NCBI GenBank assembly: GCA_963601025.1
Contig: CAVCDR010000034.1
Location: forward strand, 1 to 63,713
Direction: 5' to 3'
Source of the DNA: Agathobacter sp.
GTDB lineage: Bacteria; Bacillota_I; Bacilli_A; Erysipelotrichales; Erysipelotrichaceae
DNA: 63,713 bases
Shown here: one piece after another, positions 20,401 to 30,443 of the stretch
Layout of the letters: each line of letters starts with the position of its first letter
Position numbering within the stretch: the stretch's first letter is position 1
Program-made: the position numbers and the translations under genes
Notes under the pieces: generated by a model
Databases searched by the model: none
The model's input: only the letters and a program-made list of their open reading frames with translations
What the model was told of the DNA's origin: nothing

Positions 20401-21126
20401 TTATGCGCTTAATGCTTCTTCGTCAGCTATTAGTATGCAATTTGGATGAACCTTCAATATTGAAGCAGGAACCTTAGGATCAACTTCACCCTCAAGTAAC
20501 TCTTTAATAATAGGAGCCTTAGCTTTACCACTAGCTAAAATAAGAACTGTCTTAGCTTCCATGATTTCGCCAATACCCATTGTATAAGCATAATGAGGAA
20601 CTTCATCAATTGAATCAAATAATCTACTATTAGCCTTAATAGTACTTTCAGTTAAAGTAACCTTATGAGTATTTAATATAAACTTATCACATGGCTCATT
20701 AAAACCAATATGTCCATTATTGCCAATACCAAGAAGTTGTAAATCAACACCATGCATACTCTTGATTACTTCATGATATCTAGCACATTCAACATTCTCA
20801 TCTTCATTCTTGCCATTTGGAACATTAGTATTATTCACATCAATGTTTACTCTAGAAAATAAATGTTCATTCATAAAATAACGGTAACTTTGATTATGCG
20901 TACCATCAAGTCCTACATATTCATCAAGGTTTACTGTCTTAACCTTTGAAAAATCTAGTTCTTTATTATTGTACTTTTCAACTAAATTATCATATGTACC
21001 AATAGGTGTAGAACCAGTCGCAAGACCAAGTACAGCATCTTCTTTTAATGTCAATACAGAAGCTATGATATTCGCAGCTTTCTTTGACATATCAGCGTAA
21101 TCTTTTGCTTTAATAAGTTTAATCAT
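20401..21126 (-). CDS. nagB: Glucosamine-6-phosphate deaminase
   Basis: 241 aa. GLATGSTP and LGIGNNGHIGFNEP motifs. Confidence 0.9.
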   Translation of the reverse strand: MIKLIKAKDYADMSKKAANIIASVLTLKEDAVLGLATGSTPIGTYDNLVEKYNNKELDFSKVKTVNLDEYVGLDGTHNQSYRYFMNEHLFSRVNIDVNNTNVPNGKNEDENVECARYHEVIKSMHGVDLQLLGIGNNGHIGFNEPCDKFILNTHKVTLTESTIKANSRLFDSIDEVPHYAYTMGIGEIMEAKTVLILASGKAKAPIIKELLEGEVDPKVPASILKVHPNCILIADEEALSA

Positions 21127-21178
21127 TTTTCATTCTCCGTATCTATATTAATTCTATAATAAAAACGCTTTCATTTTC

Positions 21179-22684
21179 CTAGAAAGTACTTTCAATGCCA
21201 TATATTGTCGAATATTTCTTCTTTAAATAGTCAATATAGTAGGAAGGATTGAACTTTTCTCCAGTAGCTCTCTTTAATACATAGTCATAATTATGTAAAG
21301 CACCATCATGTTGAACATTCTCTCTTAGATACTTCATGATATCCTTAAACTTGTTATTTTCAAGCAAATCATCAATATCCAATTTCTTTTCCATAGAATT
21401 TAATAGTTGAGCACCAATAGCGCTACCCAAAGCGTAAGTAGGGAAATAGCCAAAATACGCACTACCCCAATGCATATCTTGTAATATGCCTTCTTTAACA
21501 CTTGGTACATCAAGTCCTAAATATTCTTTATATTTTTGATTCCAAATTTGATCTAATTGACTTACATCGATGCTTCCATCAAAAATGCCCTTTTCTATCT
21601 CATATCTTATTAAAATATGTACAGGATAAGTAAGTTCATCCGCATCTGCTCTAATAAGTGAACATCTAGATAAATTAATAGCCTTAACAAAATCATCAAT
21701 TGTGACATTCTTTAAATTTTCTGGGAAAAGTTCTTGTAGTTTTGGATACAAATTAACCCAGAACGATTTTCTTCTACCAATATAATTTTCTAAGAAACGT
21801 GATTGTGATTCATGCATACCACTAGAAATATTCTTGATATTAGTACCCTCATATTTTTCATCAACATTGTGTTCATAGTGGCCATGTCCCGCTTCATGAA
21901 TTACACTAAAGATATTAGAAGCTACATTGTGTTCATCGTAATTGGTTGTAATACGAATATCATTTTTACTTAAGCCGCTAGTAAAAGGATGTTCAGTTTC
22001 ACTTAAATAACCCCAAGAAGGATCAAAATTAATATACTTTAATAATTCTTTATTAAACTCCTCTTGTTTTGCCTTAGGGTAATATTTGTATAAGAAAGAA
22101 TCATCAATATAATCTTTTTTAGCATCAATTTCCTTGATTAAAGGTATAAGTTCTTCTTTAATTAAACCAAAAAATTCATCATATTTTTCAATTGTCATAC
22201 CTTCTTCATAATCATCAAGCATTAAATTATATGGAACTACATCAGGATTTCTCTTATTAGCTCTTTTCTTACTTAATTCAATTAACTTTTGGATATGCTT
22301 ATCAAATAAGCTGTAATCATTTTTTGTTTTAGCCTCAAGCCAGGCATCACTAGATTCACTTACGGCTAAGTTAAATTCCATTGCCTCTTCCTTGCTGAAC
22401 TTAGTTACTTCTTCTAAACCTTTTTTAGCCAAATAAAGATCACGATTTAATTCTTCACCCAAATCTTCTTTGCTTAATTCATCCACTAAGGCAATATAAT
22501 CAGGATTAGTTTCTAATGAAAACAGTTCGCCATAAATAATGTTAAACATTTCATTACGATACTTATTACCTTTTTTAGGTGCGATTGTTTCCTTATCAAC
22601 GCTAGCTGTACCAAGCATTAAACCATAGGCACTCATTTTCTTTTGATACTCTTTGTACTTTTTAATTTTGTCTTTTGTGCTCAT
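21179..22684 (-). CDS. Carboxypeptidase M32 (Taq-type metallocarboxypeptidase)
   Basis: HEAGHGHYE (HExxH) and HESQSRFLEN motifs. Start placed at ATG 22684 (MSTKDK) behind a GGAGGA SD. Confidence 0.85.
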   Translation of the reverse strand: MSTKDKIKKYKEYQKKMSAYGLMLGTASVDKETIAPKKGNKYRNEMFNIIYGELFSLETNPDYIALVDELSKEDLGEELNRDLYLAKKGLEEVTKFSKEEAMEFNLAVSESSDAWLEAKTKNDYSLFDKHIQKLIELSKKRANKRNPDVVPYNLMLDDYEEGMTIEKYDEFFGLIKEELIPLIKEIDAKKDYIDDSFLYKYYPKAKQEEFNKELLKYINFDPSWGYLSETEHPFTSGLSKNDIRITTNYDEHNVASNIFSVIHEAGHGHYEHNVDEKYEGTNIKNISSGMHESQSRFLENYIGRRKSFWVNLYPKLQELFPENLKNVTIDDFVKAINLSRCSLIRADADELTYPVHILIRYEIEKGIFDGSIDVSQLDQIWNQKYKEYLGLDVPSVKEGILQDMHWGSAYFGYFPTYALGSAIGAQLLNSMEKKLDIDDLLENNKFKDIMKYLRENVQHDGALHNYDYVLKRATGEKFNPSYYIDYLKKKYSTIYGIESTF

Positions 22685-22695
22685 AAAATCCTCCA

Positions 22696-23361
22696 TTACA
22701 CTAGACCCACATAAATAGCTAACAATAACTGAGATATGTAGTATAAAACACGATAAGTTATTTGTAGATAATTTTTAGCATTCTTATTAAATTTATGAAT
22801 CATTAGTATTAAGTCAGAACAAATAAATATGATAGAAGCAATCATCAAAACAAGGTCGGCATAACTTGATGCATTAATATAATTAGAAATAGCTAATCCA
22901 CTTGTAAACATGATAATCAAAAGGTAACATGCTCCAAGCATTTTCATTTTTCCATGAACATCCAAAGTCCTTAAAAAATACATGGCTACACCTAAATATA
23001 GTATTGCATTAAACATTAGACCTAAAGGAATACATTTTGGATTTAATTTAATTAAATAAGTTGAATATAAAATATGCGCTATAAAAAAGGATAGTGTTCC
23101 TAAAACAAAAATCAAATCTTTATGTTTTCTAAATTTATTTCTTAAAATCATTATAAAATCACCTAGCATATCAAAAGATAAGGCGATTATCACTAATAAA
23201 GCTCTTCCCTTATATAATCTAATAGCTAATAATACAAACGTTAATGAAGCTAATGTTTTAAGTAATATTGATAAAGAGTTATGATACTTGTTGTCATTGT
23301 ATATAAACAAGGAAACAAGCACAGTCTCCAATAATATTAATAAATAACTTATTCTATCCAT
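22696..23361 (-). CDS. YhhN-family (lysoplasmalogenase-like) membrane protein
   Basis: 221 aa with about 8 TM spans. Family assignment rests on overall pattern only. Confidence 0.5.
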   Translation of the reverse strand: MDRISYLLILLETVLVSLFIYNDNKYHNSLSILLKTLASLTFVLLAIRLYKGRALLVIIALSFDMLGDFIMILRNKFRKHKDLIFVLGTLSFFIAHILYSTYLIKLNPKCIPLGLMFNAILYLGVAMYFLRTLDVHGKMKMLGACYLLIIMFTSGLAISNYINASSYADLVLMIASIIFICSDLILMIHKFNKNAKNYLQITYRVLYYISQLLLAIYVGLV

Positions 23362-23377
23362 CTTTCACATTATATCT

Positions 23378-24259
23378 TTAAAAGATATCTAAATCCTCAC
23401 CATTTATAACTTCACCATCATATCCAGCGTCCCTAATCTCTTGTAAGATAGCCTTTTTTCTTATCTCCATTTCCTTTAAAGCGTCATCAGAAAAAGCATC
23501 AATATGATAAATGCGGTGATAAGTAACTAGTAATTTTGGCTTAGCCTTTTTAGCAATTTCAGCTAAATCTATACTTAAAGTATGCACATTTCGATGATAT
23601 TCTTGCCAATCCTTACTGCGTTTCTCTAATCCCTTTGTATATTCGACTTCATGAAGTAATATATCTACGTCTTTAGCCTTTTCTATCATTATTGGTAAAG
23701 CTTTTGTATCACCACTAATTAAGATTGTCTTGTCTTCACTAATAAACTTATATGCAAGCGATTGTAACTTGCCATGGCATACTGCAAAAGCCTCAACTTT
23801 TACGTTTTCATCTTCATATACTATTCCGTAGTCACTTAATCCAGGTTCAATTTCCTTAATAATTGTCTTATAACCAGTTAAGTTAGCTGGTTCATCACCA
23901 TTAATGCGCATATCAATATCTTGACTATAGGCTTTAGTAATATATTTAGCCATATCTTTTAAGCCTTTAGGGCCAATTAATGTTAAAGGCTTTTCTCTTT
24001 CTAATGTCCAAGGCGTAAAAATTAAGTCAGCTAAACCACTTGTATGATCACTATGTAAATGTGTACAAAACGCAATGTCTAAATTTTTAGGATGTAGCTG
24101 TTTAATACCTTTAAAATAAGCTTTTGAATATTGCCTTACGACACCTGGCCCAAAATCAACAATATAAGCCTTATCATTAATGATAATCGCGCTACTAGGT
24201 CCACTATTATAGGGACATGCATTAGGTGTCCCTGTTCCAAGTAAAACAAGTTTAGTCAT
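23378..24259 (-). CDS. MBL-fold metallo-hydrolase
   Basis: 293 aa with the HLHSDH metal-binding motif. Confidence 0.8.
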   Translation of the reverse strand: MTKLVLLGTGTPNACPYNSGPSSAIIINDKAYIVDFGPGVVRQYSKAYFKGIKQLHPKNLDIAFCTHLHSDHTSGLADLIFTPWTLEREKPLTLIGPKGLKDMAKYITKAYSQDIDMRINGDEPANLTGYKTIIKEIEPGLSDYGIVYEDENVKVEAFAVCHGKLQSLAYKFISEDKTILISGDTKALPIMIEKAKDVDILLHEVEYTKGLEKRSKDWQEYHRNVHTLSIDLAEIAKKAKPKLLVTYHRIYHIDAFSDDALKEMEIRKKAILQEIRDAGYDGEVINGEDLDIF

Positions 24260-24304
24260 ATAAATTATTTTATAACGATATATCTTATTATGTACTTCCT
24301 AATA

Positions 24305-24357
24305 AATTACACAATAAATTATTTTGTTTATTGTGTAATTTGGTTACACAATAAATT
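24305..24357. promoter_or_regulatory. Operator-like triple repeat in the divergent MBL / AlbA_2 promoter region
   Basis: AATTACACAATAAA (24305-24318) has a perfect 14-bp inverted copy at 24327-24340. A third, direct copy TTACACAATAAATT sits at 24344-24357, just upstream of an extended -10 TGCTAAAAT (24364-24372). Confidence 0.5.
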
Positions 24358-24390
24358 TTGAAGTGCTAAAATGATATCGAGGATATTGTT

Positions 24391-25698
24391 ATGATAAATA
24401 TTGGGAAAGAAAGCGAATTAGTTGAATTTAAAAAAAGTACTGGCGAACTAAATGAAGGGATAATATCGATCGTTTCTATGTTGAACAAGCACGGAAAGGG
24501 AACACTATATTTCGGAGTTAAAAACAATGGCGATGCCATTGGACAAATGATAAGTGATAACACTCTAAGGGATATATCAAGAAAAATATATGAGGACATA
24601 AATCCTAAAATTTATCCTAGTATACATGAACTTGCTGATATGCCTGGTGTAATTGAGATTAATTTCATAGGACAAGATAAACCATATTCAGCTCAAGGAA
24701 AATTCTATATAAGGACATCTGATGAAGATAGAAAAATAGATGTCCATGAATTATTAAAAATCATTAATAGGACAGATACCAGTAATGCATTATGGGAAAA
24801 GATGGAATCTGATGAAACTATTGATGATGTTGATGAAGAATTATTAAAAAATTATATAGAGAAGGCAAATAAAAGTGGAAGAATCAGTGAAGAGTACACA
24901 AATGCTAAAACCGTTTTAAAAAAATTGGGCCTTCTTGTCGGCGATAAATTAAATAACGCTGGAAAAATATTATTTTCTAAAAATAAACCAATTGTTTTAA
25001 AATTAGCTGTTTTCGCAAGCGACGAAATGCTTTCTTTTATAGATATAAACCGATATGAAGGAAATCTATTTGAATTAAATAAAAAAGCCCAAGAATATAT
25101 ATTGGAACATATTAATTTCTCAGCTGAAATAGTAAAGGGTAAACGAATAGAAAAACCCGAAATTCCATATGAAGTAATAAGAGAAGCTGTTTTAAACAGT
25201 TTATGTCATTCTTCATTTGATGTTACAGTTAATAACGAAATATATATAACACCAACAAAGGTTGTCATATTTAATCCTGGTACATTCCCTAGCGGATATA
25301 ATCCAGAAGACTTCGCTTACAACGGAGTTGAATCGGTACTTAGAAATCCATTAATTTCTAGAACTCTATATTATTCAAATGATATTGATAGCTGGGCAAC
25401 TGGATTTAGAAGAATTTTCGCATATTGTAAAAAAGATGATATTAAATTTACATACACAATGAAAAATCAAGGCTTTGAAATTTGTTTCTATCGAAAAAAA
25501 CAAGAAAATTCTGATTTAGAAAAATTGATTATTGATATCATCAAAAACAACCCAACTATAACTATTTCAAAAATAGCTGATGTCACCGGTAAATCAACCA
25601 AAACTATTCAATCTAAACTCAATAGTCTAAAGGGACAAGAAAAAATCAAAAGAGTTGGTTCAAATAAAAATGGTCATTGGCAAATCCTCGGCTATTAA
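24391..25698 (+). CDS. AlbA_2 (Schlafen-like) / HATPase_c_4 / wHTH putative regulator (COG2865-like)
   Basis: 435 aa. N-terminal ESELVEFKKS...GTLYFGVKNNGDAIG (AlbA_2 pattern), central REAVLNSLCHSSFD, and a C-terminal winged HTH (ISKIADVTGKSTKTIQSKLNSL). Confidence 0.7.
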   Translation: MINIGKESELVEFKKSTGELNEGIISIVSMLNKHGKGTLYFGVKNNGDAIGQMISDNTLRDISRKIYEDINPKIYPSIHELADMPGVIEINFIGQDKPYSAQGKFYIRTSDEDRKIDVHELLKIINRTDTSNALWEKMESDETIDDVDEELLKNYIEKANKSGRISEEYTNAKTVLKKLGLLVGDKLNNAGKILFSKNKPIVLKLAVFASDEMLSFIDINRYEGNLFELNKKAQEYILEHINFSAEIVKGKRIEKPEIPYEVIREAVLNSLCHSSFDVTVNNEIYITPTKVVIFNPGTFPSGYNPEDFAYNGVESVLRNPLISRTLYYSNDIDSWATGFRRIFAYCKKDDIKFTYTMKNQGFEICFYRKKQENSDLEKLIIDIIKNNPTITISKIADVTGKSTKTIQSKLNSLKGQEKIKRVGSNKNGHWQILGY

Positions 25699-25728
25699 AA
25701 ATGGAGTTTACTTTCAAACTCCATTTTT
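25697..25728. terminator. Bidirectional intrinsic terminator
   Basis: AAAAATGGAGTTT-ACTTTC-AAACTCCATTTTT between convergent genes. Confidence 0.7.
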
Positions 25729-26404
25729 ATACTTTTAGTCTCTTGTCTAGTTTTATTGATAATCTATCACCAATCTTTTGGATAAGTTGTACTAATATTA
25801 CAAGTACAATAACCGCACAAATCATGATGCCATAATTGTAACGATAGTAGCCATAGTTAATAGCGATCTTACCAAGACCTCCACCACCAACTATACCTGA
25901 CATTGCCGTATAACCAAGTATTGTAGTAAGGGCTATGGTGATATTACTAATAAGTGAAGGAACAGCTTCTCTTAATAATACCTTTGTAACAATTTGAAAT
26001 GGTGTAGCACCCATTGATTTAGCCATTTCGATTAAATTAGGATCAACTTCCCTAAGTGATCCTTCAACAAGTCTTGCGATAAATGGGAAGGCTGCTACAA
26101 CAAGGGGCACAATACTTGCAACCGTACCAACTGTTGTGCCAACAATTACTCTTGTTAATGGGAAGACAACAATAACTACAATAAGGAATGGCACCGATCT
26201 TAATATATTGATTAAGATATCGAGCAACTTAATAATCCAAGAAGGAAGTGGGTGAATACCATCTTTTCTTCCTGTTACTAAAATTACACCTAATGGTAAA
26301 CCAATTAAAGTCGCAAAGAAAGTAGCCAAGAAAGTCGCATATACTGTTTCCCATAAAGCCAATGGGAATTGTTCAACAACCATATCTAAAATATCACTAT
26401 TCAT
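25727..26404 (-). CDS. metI: Methionine ABC transporter permease
   Basis: About 225 aa polytopic MetI-type permease. ATG 26404 overlaps the metN stop (ATGAATAG). Confidence 0.85.
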   Translation of the reverse strand: MNSDILDMVVEQFPLALWETVYATFLATFFATLIGLPLGVILVTGRKDGIHPLPSWIIKLLDILINILRSVPFLIVVIVVFPLTRVIVGTTVGTVASIVPLVVAAFPFIARLVEGSLREVDPNLIEMAKSMGATPFQIVTKVLLREAVPSLISNITIALTTILGYTAMSGIVGGGGLGKIAINYGYYRYNYGIMICAVIVLVILVQLIQKIGDRLSIKLDKRLKV

Positions 26405-27407
26405 ATAATTCAAACTCCTCAGCATTGACACCATCTACTTTATTTAAGTATTCAATCGCCTTATCAAGTTCTTCCTTATTTTTAACTCCAATAAGCATAG
26501 AACCATAAGAACTGCCATTTATATTTCTTATAGAAGCATTTACGATATTGCAGGCAACACCCTTTTCAATAGCCAATGTTGTAAGTAAAGGTTTGCCTGT
26601 TGAAGTTCCTCCATTAAAGACAATTCTAATTGTTTTTTCACCACTATCCTTAACAATCTCATTGCTAGAATCAATTTCTGGGAAAACCAATTTCTTAGCA
26701 GCTAAAGATTTAGGATGAGAGAAGACATCCGCAACATTACCGCTTTCTACAACTTCACCATTATCTAATATCGCAACCTTATTACAAATATTTTCCACAA
26801 CAGACATTTGGTGTGTAATAATCACAACCGTAATGTTCATTTTTTTATTAATATCTCTTATAAGATCTAATATTTGGTTGGTTGTTGTTGGGTCTAGAGC
26901 ACTAGTTGCCTCATCACATAATAGGATTTTAGGATTACTAGCTAAAGCTCTTGCGATAGCTACTCTTTGTCTTTGGCCACCTGATAACATCGCTGGATAA
27001 GCATCAGCCTTATCTAATAATCCAACAATATCTAGTAACTCTAAAGCTCTCTTTTTAGCTTTTTCTTTATCAGTTTTAACAAGTTCTAATGGAAACATAA
27101 CATTCTTAAGACATGTTTGTTGCATCAAAAGATTAAAGCCTTGGAAAACCATTGTTACATCTCTTCTAAGTTCAAGAAGTTGTTTCTGGTTTAAATCATT
27201 TAGTACCTTGCCATCAATGATAACTTGGCCACTATCAGGCTTTTCTAGGAAATTAAGGCATCTAACAAGTGTTGATTTTCCTGCACCAGACATACCGATG
27301 ATGCCATAAATATCTCCATCTTCTATTGTTAAAGAAACATTCTTAAGCGCTTCTACTACAGAAGCGCTTGTTTTGAATGTTTTGTTTAAATTCTTAATCT
27401 CTATCAT
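26397..27407 (-). CDS. metN: Methionine ABC transporter ATP-binding protein
   Basis: Walker A GMSGAGKST, signature LSGGQRQR, and a C-terminal NIL/ACT-like domain. Confidence 0.9.
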   Translation of the reverse strand: MIEIKNLNKTFKTSASVVEALKNVSLTIEDGDIYGIIGMSGAGKSTLVRCLNFLEKPDSGQVIIDGKVLNDLNQKQLLELRRDVTMVFQGFNLLMQQTCLKNVMFPLELVKTDKEKAKKRALELLDIVGLLDKADAYPAMLSGGQRQRVAIARALASNPKILLCDEATSALDPTTTNQILDLIRDINKKMNITVVIITHQMSVVENICNKVAILDNGEVVESGNVADVFSHPKSLAAKKLVFPEIDSSNEIVKDSGEKTIRIVFNGGTSTGKPLLTTLAIEKGVACNIVNASIRNINGSSYGSMLIGVKNKEELDKAIEYLNKVDGVNAEEFELYE

Positions 27408-27409
27408 TA

Positions 27410-28279
27410 TTATTTAGAGAATACATCTAAAGAAGATGTTTTGCCTGCATATAAACCCATTGGTTCAACGTGAATTGCAGCGATTGAAACTACTGAAGTA
27501 CCATTTTCTTCATTGAAGTTGTCAAGATATGGTTGATGTTGGAAATAGTTTGCATCAATTTCACCAGAATCAACAACATTGTTAGGTTGTACATAATCTG
27601 TAAATTCAACAATATTTAATGTGATTCCCTTTTCAGCTAAGATATCCTTTGCCACACTTAAGATTTCAGCATGTGGAGTTGGAGAAGCCGCAACAGAAAC
27701 AGTTGTACCATTTAAAGCATCATAATCAATTGAGGTATCATAACCATCAGTTAAGTTTTCAACTACAGAAACTACTGAACCATCATATTTACTATCAATA
27801 TATTCTTTTACAGCGCTTGATTCTAGGGCAGCCTTTAAAGCTAAGATCTTAGGCTCATTTTCATTGCCTTCTTTTACCGCTAAGATATTAGAATAAGCTG
27901 AATAAGAGCCTTCTAGAACTAATGCATCATTGGCAGGATTTAATCCAGCATCAATTGCGTAATTTGAATTTATAACTGCGAAATCAACATCCTTTAATAC
28001 ATTTGGAATTTGAGCAGCTTCAACTTCAACGATATCAACATTATAAGGATTTTCTTCAATATCGTTTTTAGTAGCAGTAATACCAGCACCATCTTTTAAT
28101 TTGATAATGCCATTGTTTTCAAGAAGAAGTAAAGCTCTCGCTTCATTTGTAGTGTCATTCGGAACTGCAATAGAAATACTTGTTGTAGTAGTATCAGTAC
28201 TATCACCTTCTTTAGAACCACAAGCTGTTAACCCTAAAGCTAACGCACTGACCAATAATAGAGTAAATAATTTTTTCAT
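27410..28279 (-). CDS. metQ: MetQ/NlpA-family substrate-binding lipoprotein
   Basis: Start placed at ATG 28279 (MKKLFTLLLVSALALGLTACGS lipobox) behind a GGAGGT SD. The track's upstream 20 codons lie in the T-box terminator. Confidence 0.85.
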   Translation of the reverse strand: MKKLFTLLLVSALALGLTACGSKEGDSTDTTTTSISIAVPNDTTNEARALLLLENNGIIKLKDGAGITATKNDIEENPYNVDIVEVEAAQIPNVLKDVDFAVINSNYAIDAGLNPANDALVLEGSYSAYSNILAVKEGNENEPKILALKAALESSAVKEYIDSKYDGSVVSVVENLTDGYDTSIDYDALNGTTVSVAASPTPHAEILSVAKDILAEKGITLNIVEFTDYVQPNNVVDSGEIDANYFQHQPYLDNFNEENGTSVVSIAAIHVEPMGLYAGKTSSLDVFSK

Positions 28280-28560
28280 CTTTGTACCTCCTAAATTATC
28301 CTTAATAGTACTAAGTGAGAAACAAAAAAGCCGTCCCATAAGGACGACTATATAATCGTGTTACCACCTTAATTCATGCAACAAATATTGCACCTTCTTC
28401 AAGTACTATCATACTCTAGCACTATAACGTGTGCACTACGTCTATCACTCATCGTAATAGAAGCTCTTTAGACCATGTTCCCTTAAACTTCCATATCTTG
28501 TTTCACCAGCCCAAGACTCTCTACGTTTTCCCTTTAAGGTACTCTTCTCTTCATCGCCTT
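28280..28560 (-). promoter_or_regulatory. T-box leader, probably Met (AUG) specific, controlling metQNI
   Basis: The minus strand shows GATGA K-turn, AGAGTA S-turn, AGAGAG bulge, GGTGAAA distal loop and a specifier loop ...GGGAACAUGG.... The T-box is AATTAAGGTGGTAACACG (28357-28374). The terminator is GTCGTCC-TTAT-GGGACGGC followed by TTTTTT (28324-28348). Confidence 0.8.
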
Positions 28561-28624
28561 GTCTATATTCTCTTACTATGGAAAAATTATGTCAATAGTT
28601 TTCAGAAAGTTTTTCAAAAATTTT

Positions 28625-29965
28625 TTAGCTTCTTTCAAAGCTCAATTCTAAGCTATTGATTACTTGTTTTCTTAAGACAATAGATAAAACAATTGTAATA
28701 ATATCTGTTAAAGATTGGGCAACTGTTACGCCATTAAAACCAAATAACATATTAAGAATAAACAACAATGGTATAAATAATAATCCTTGTCTACATAATG
28801 ATAAAACAGTAGCTGCTAAAGGATGATTTAATGTTTGAAGAACATTCATGTTCATAAACAATAAACCAATAAATGGTCCTGATAATGTATAGCCAACTAA
28901 TAAAGGAATGCCATACTCTATTGTTTGGGAATCATTTATAAAGATACTAATAATTTGGCTTCTAAATACGATATATAGACAAGATAAAATGACTCCGCAT
29001 ATTAAACAGCACTTCTTAGTATATGCTTCAACTTCCTTGAAGCGTTCTTGATTATTACTGCCGTAACAATATCCTAAAATAGGTTGTACGCCATTGGCGA
29101 TACCCATTTGTAAGAAACTTACAAACATATTAGCCTTAAAGACAATACCAGCTGCCGCAATTGCACTGTTACCATAGCTTGCCAAAATAAGATTTGTAAT
29201 AATTGTTGAAATACTCATTAAGCTTGAAAATAAGGCCATTGGTAAACCAGAAACGCAAATATCTTTACATACTTTAAAAGTAAAATATTTAAAGCGAATA
29301 GACATACTCTTAGACTTCTTTTCAAAATAATAGATGTAATAGATACTAGCGATAATATTACTAATAGTTGTGGCAATGGCGGCCCCAGCTGCGCCCTTAT
29401 TAAACACTGAAACAAAAATAGGATCCAACACAATATTTAACATAGTGCCAATCATATTACCTATCATAGCTTGTTTACTATCGCCACTTGCCCTAACAAT
29501 AAAACTAGCTGCTGCTGAAAAAATAATAAATGGTGCACCAATTGCGATATATAAGGTATAGCCTTTGGCTAAATCTAATGTTTCACTATTTGCACCAAAT
29601 AAAGTAAGTAAACCATTTTGAAATACTAGTAATATCAAACAAAATATCACGCCTACTGCAACACTAAAATATGTTACAAAACTTGATACATTTTTTACTT
29701 TCTCTTGATCTTTTTTACCTAACGCAATACTTGCAATGGCGCTGCCACCCATGCCAAGCATATTAGCTATAGCCATAAATAAAATAAAAATAGGATTTGT
29801 AAGACTTACCGCCGCAACCTGTAATGGATCTCCTGTTTGTCCTACAAAGAAAGTATCAGCCATATTATAGACAACAGTTACCAAACTTGAAATAACACTT
29901 GGTATTGCCATCTTTTTTACAACACTTGAAACTTTATCTTCACTCATCCACGCATTATCGTTCAT
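28625..29965 (-). CDS. MATE family efflux transporter
   Basis: 446 aa with 12 TM spans. GGAGGA SD before ATG 29965. Overlaps the MarR stop. Confidence 0.8.
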   Translation of the reverse strand: MNDNAWMSEDKVSSVVKKMAIPSVISSLVTVVYNMADTFFVGQTGDPLQVAAVSLTNPIFILFMAIANMLGMGGSAIASIALGKKDQEKVKNVSSFVTYFSVAVGVIFCLILLVFQNGLLTLFGANSETLDLAKGYTLYIAIGAPFIIFSAAASFIVRASGDSKQAMIGNMIGTMLNIVLDPIFVSVFNKGAAGAAIATTISNIIASIYYIYYFEKKSKSMSIRFKYFTFKVCKDICVSGLPMALFSSLMSISTIITNLILASYGNSAIAAAGIVFKANMFVSFLQMGIANGVQPILGYCYGSNNQERFKEVEAYTKKCCLICGVILSCLYIVFRSQIISIFINDSQTIEYGIPLLVGYTLSGPFIGLLFMNMNVLQTLNHPLAATVLSLCRQGLLFIPLLFILNMLFGFNGVTVAQSLTDIITIVLSIVLRKQVINSLELSFERS

Positions 29966-30380
29966 TGTTTTCCTCCAAATTTTTTATCATTTGATTAGTC
30001 ACTCTCATAAAAATAGCTAAGTCATCATCAGAAATATTCTTTGTAAGTTGTTTCTCAGTCTGAGTAATCTCGTCATTAATACTTTTTTTGATGAATTCAT
30101 TAGTGTCCTTAAAAATAATTTCCTTTAATCTTTTATCGTTTAAACTCTCAATCTTTTCAATCCACCCTTTTTCTTCCATGCCACAAATAAGTTCTGTAGC
30201 ACTGCTTGAACGTAGATTGAATTCTTTTTCAATGTCCTTTTGATAAACAGGAGATGGACTCACCATAATATAATCAAGAACAAGTGCTTGTGAATTTGTA
30301 AGGCCAATTTTCTTTTGAGTATTTTGTGATCTTCTTCTTAAATAATTTGAAATCTTGTTAATTTGTCTTCCAACTTGCAT
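29955..30380 (-). CDS. MarR family transcriptional regulator
   Basis: 141 aa with a winged-HTH pattern (LTNSQALVLDYI...QKDIEKEFNLRSSSATELICGMEEKGWI). Forms an operon with the MATE pump. Confidence 0.8.
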   Translation of the reverse strand: MQVGRQINKISNYLRRRSQNTQKKIGLTNSQALVLDYIMVSPSPVYQKDIEKEFNLRSSSATELICGMEEKGWIEKIESLNDKRLKEIIFKDTNEFIKKSINDEITQTEKQLTKNISDDDLAIFMRVTNQMIKNLEENNER

Positions 30381-30443
30381 AATTAATTACCTAGGTACCT
30401 AACTATTTTAATGAAAATGTTACTAACAATCAAGAAAAAAATC

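Noticed and set aside
24305-24357. The repeated TTACACAATAAAT words as a CRISPR or tandem-repeat array
   Set aside because: There are only three 14-bp copies, one of them inverted, with 3-8 nt spacers inside a promoter. This fits an operator, not a CRISPR array.
20278-25700. tRNA-Ser-anchored genomic island downstream of the tRNA
   Set aside because: No integrase, no direct repeat of the tRNA 3' end and no phage or conjugation genes are present. The neighbours (nagB, M32 peptidase, YhhN, MBL) are ordinary metabolic genes. Only the AlbA_2 gene looks accessory.
28479-28505. Reading the metQNI T-box specifier as CAU (His), which would make the transporter a histidine importer
   Set aside because: By register with the leuS leader (stem-GAA-CUU-A), the loop GGGAACAUGG could be read GAA-CAU-G. 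However, the antiterminator bulge is UGGU (GGTGGTAAC), which pairs with a discriminator A73, as in tRNA-Met. Bacterial tRNA-His has C73 and would need UGGG. With the MetNIQ gene content, AUG (Met) is favoured. Proper covariance-model alignment is still advisable.
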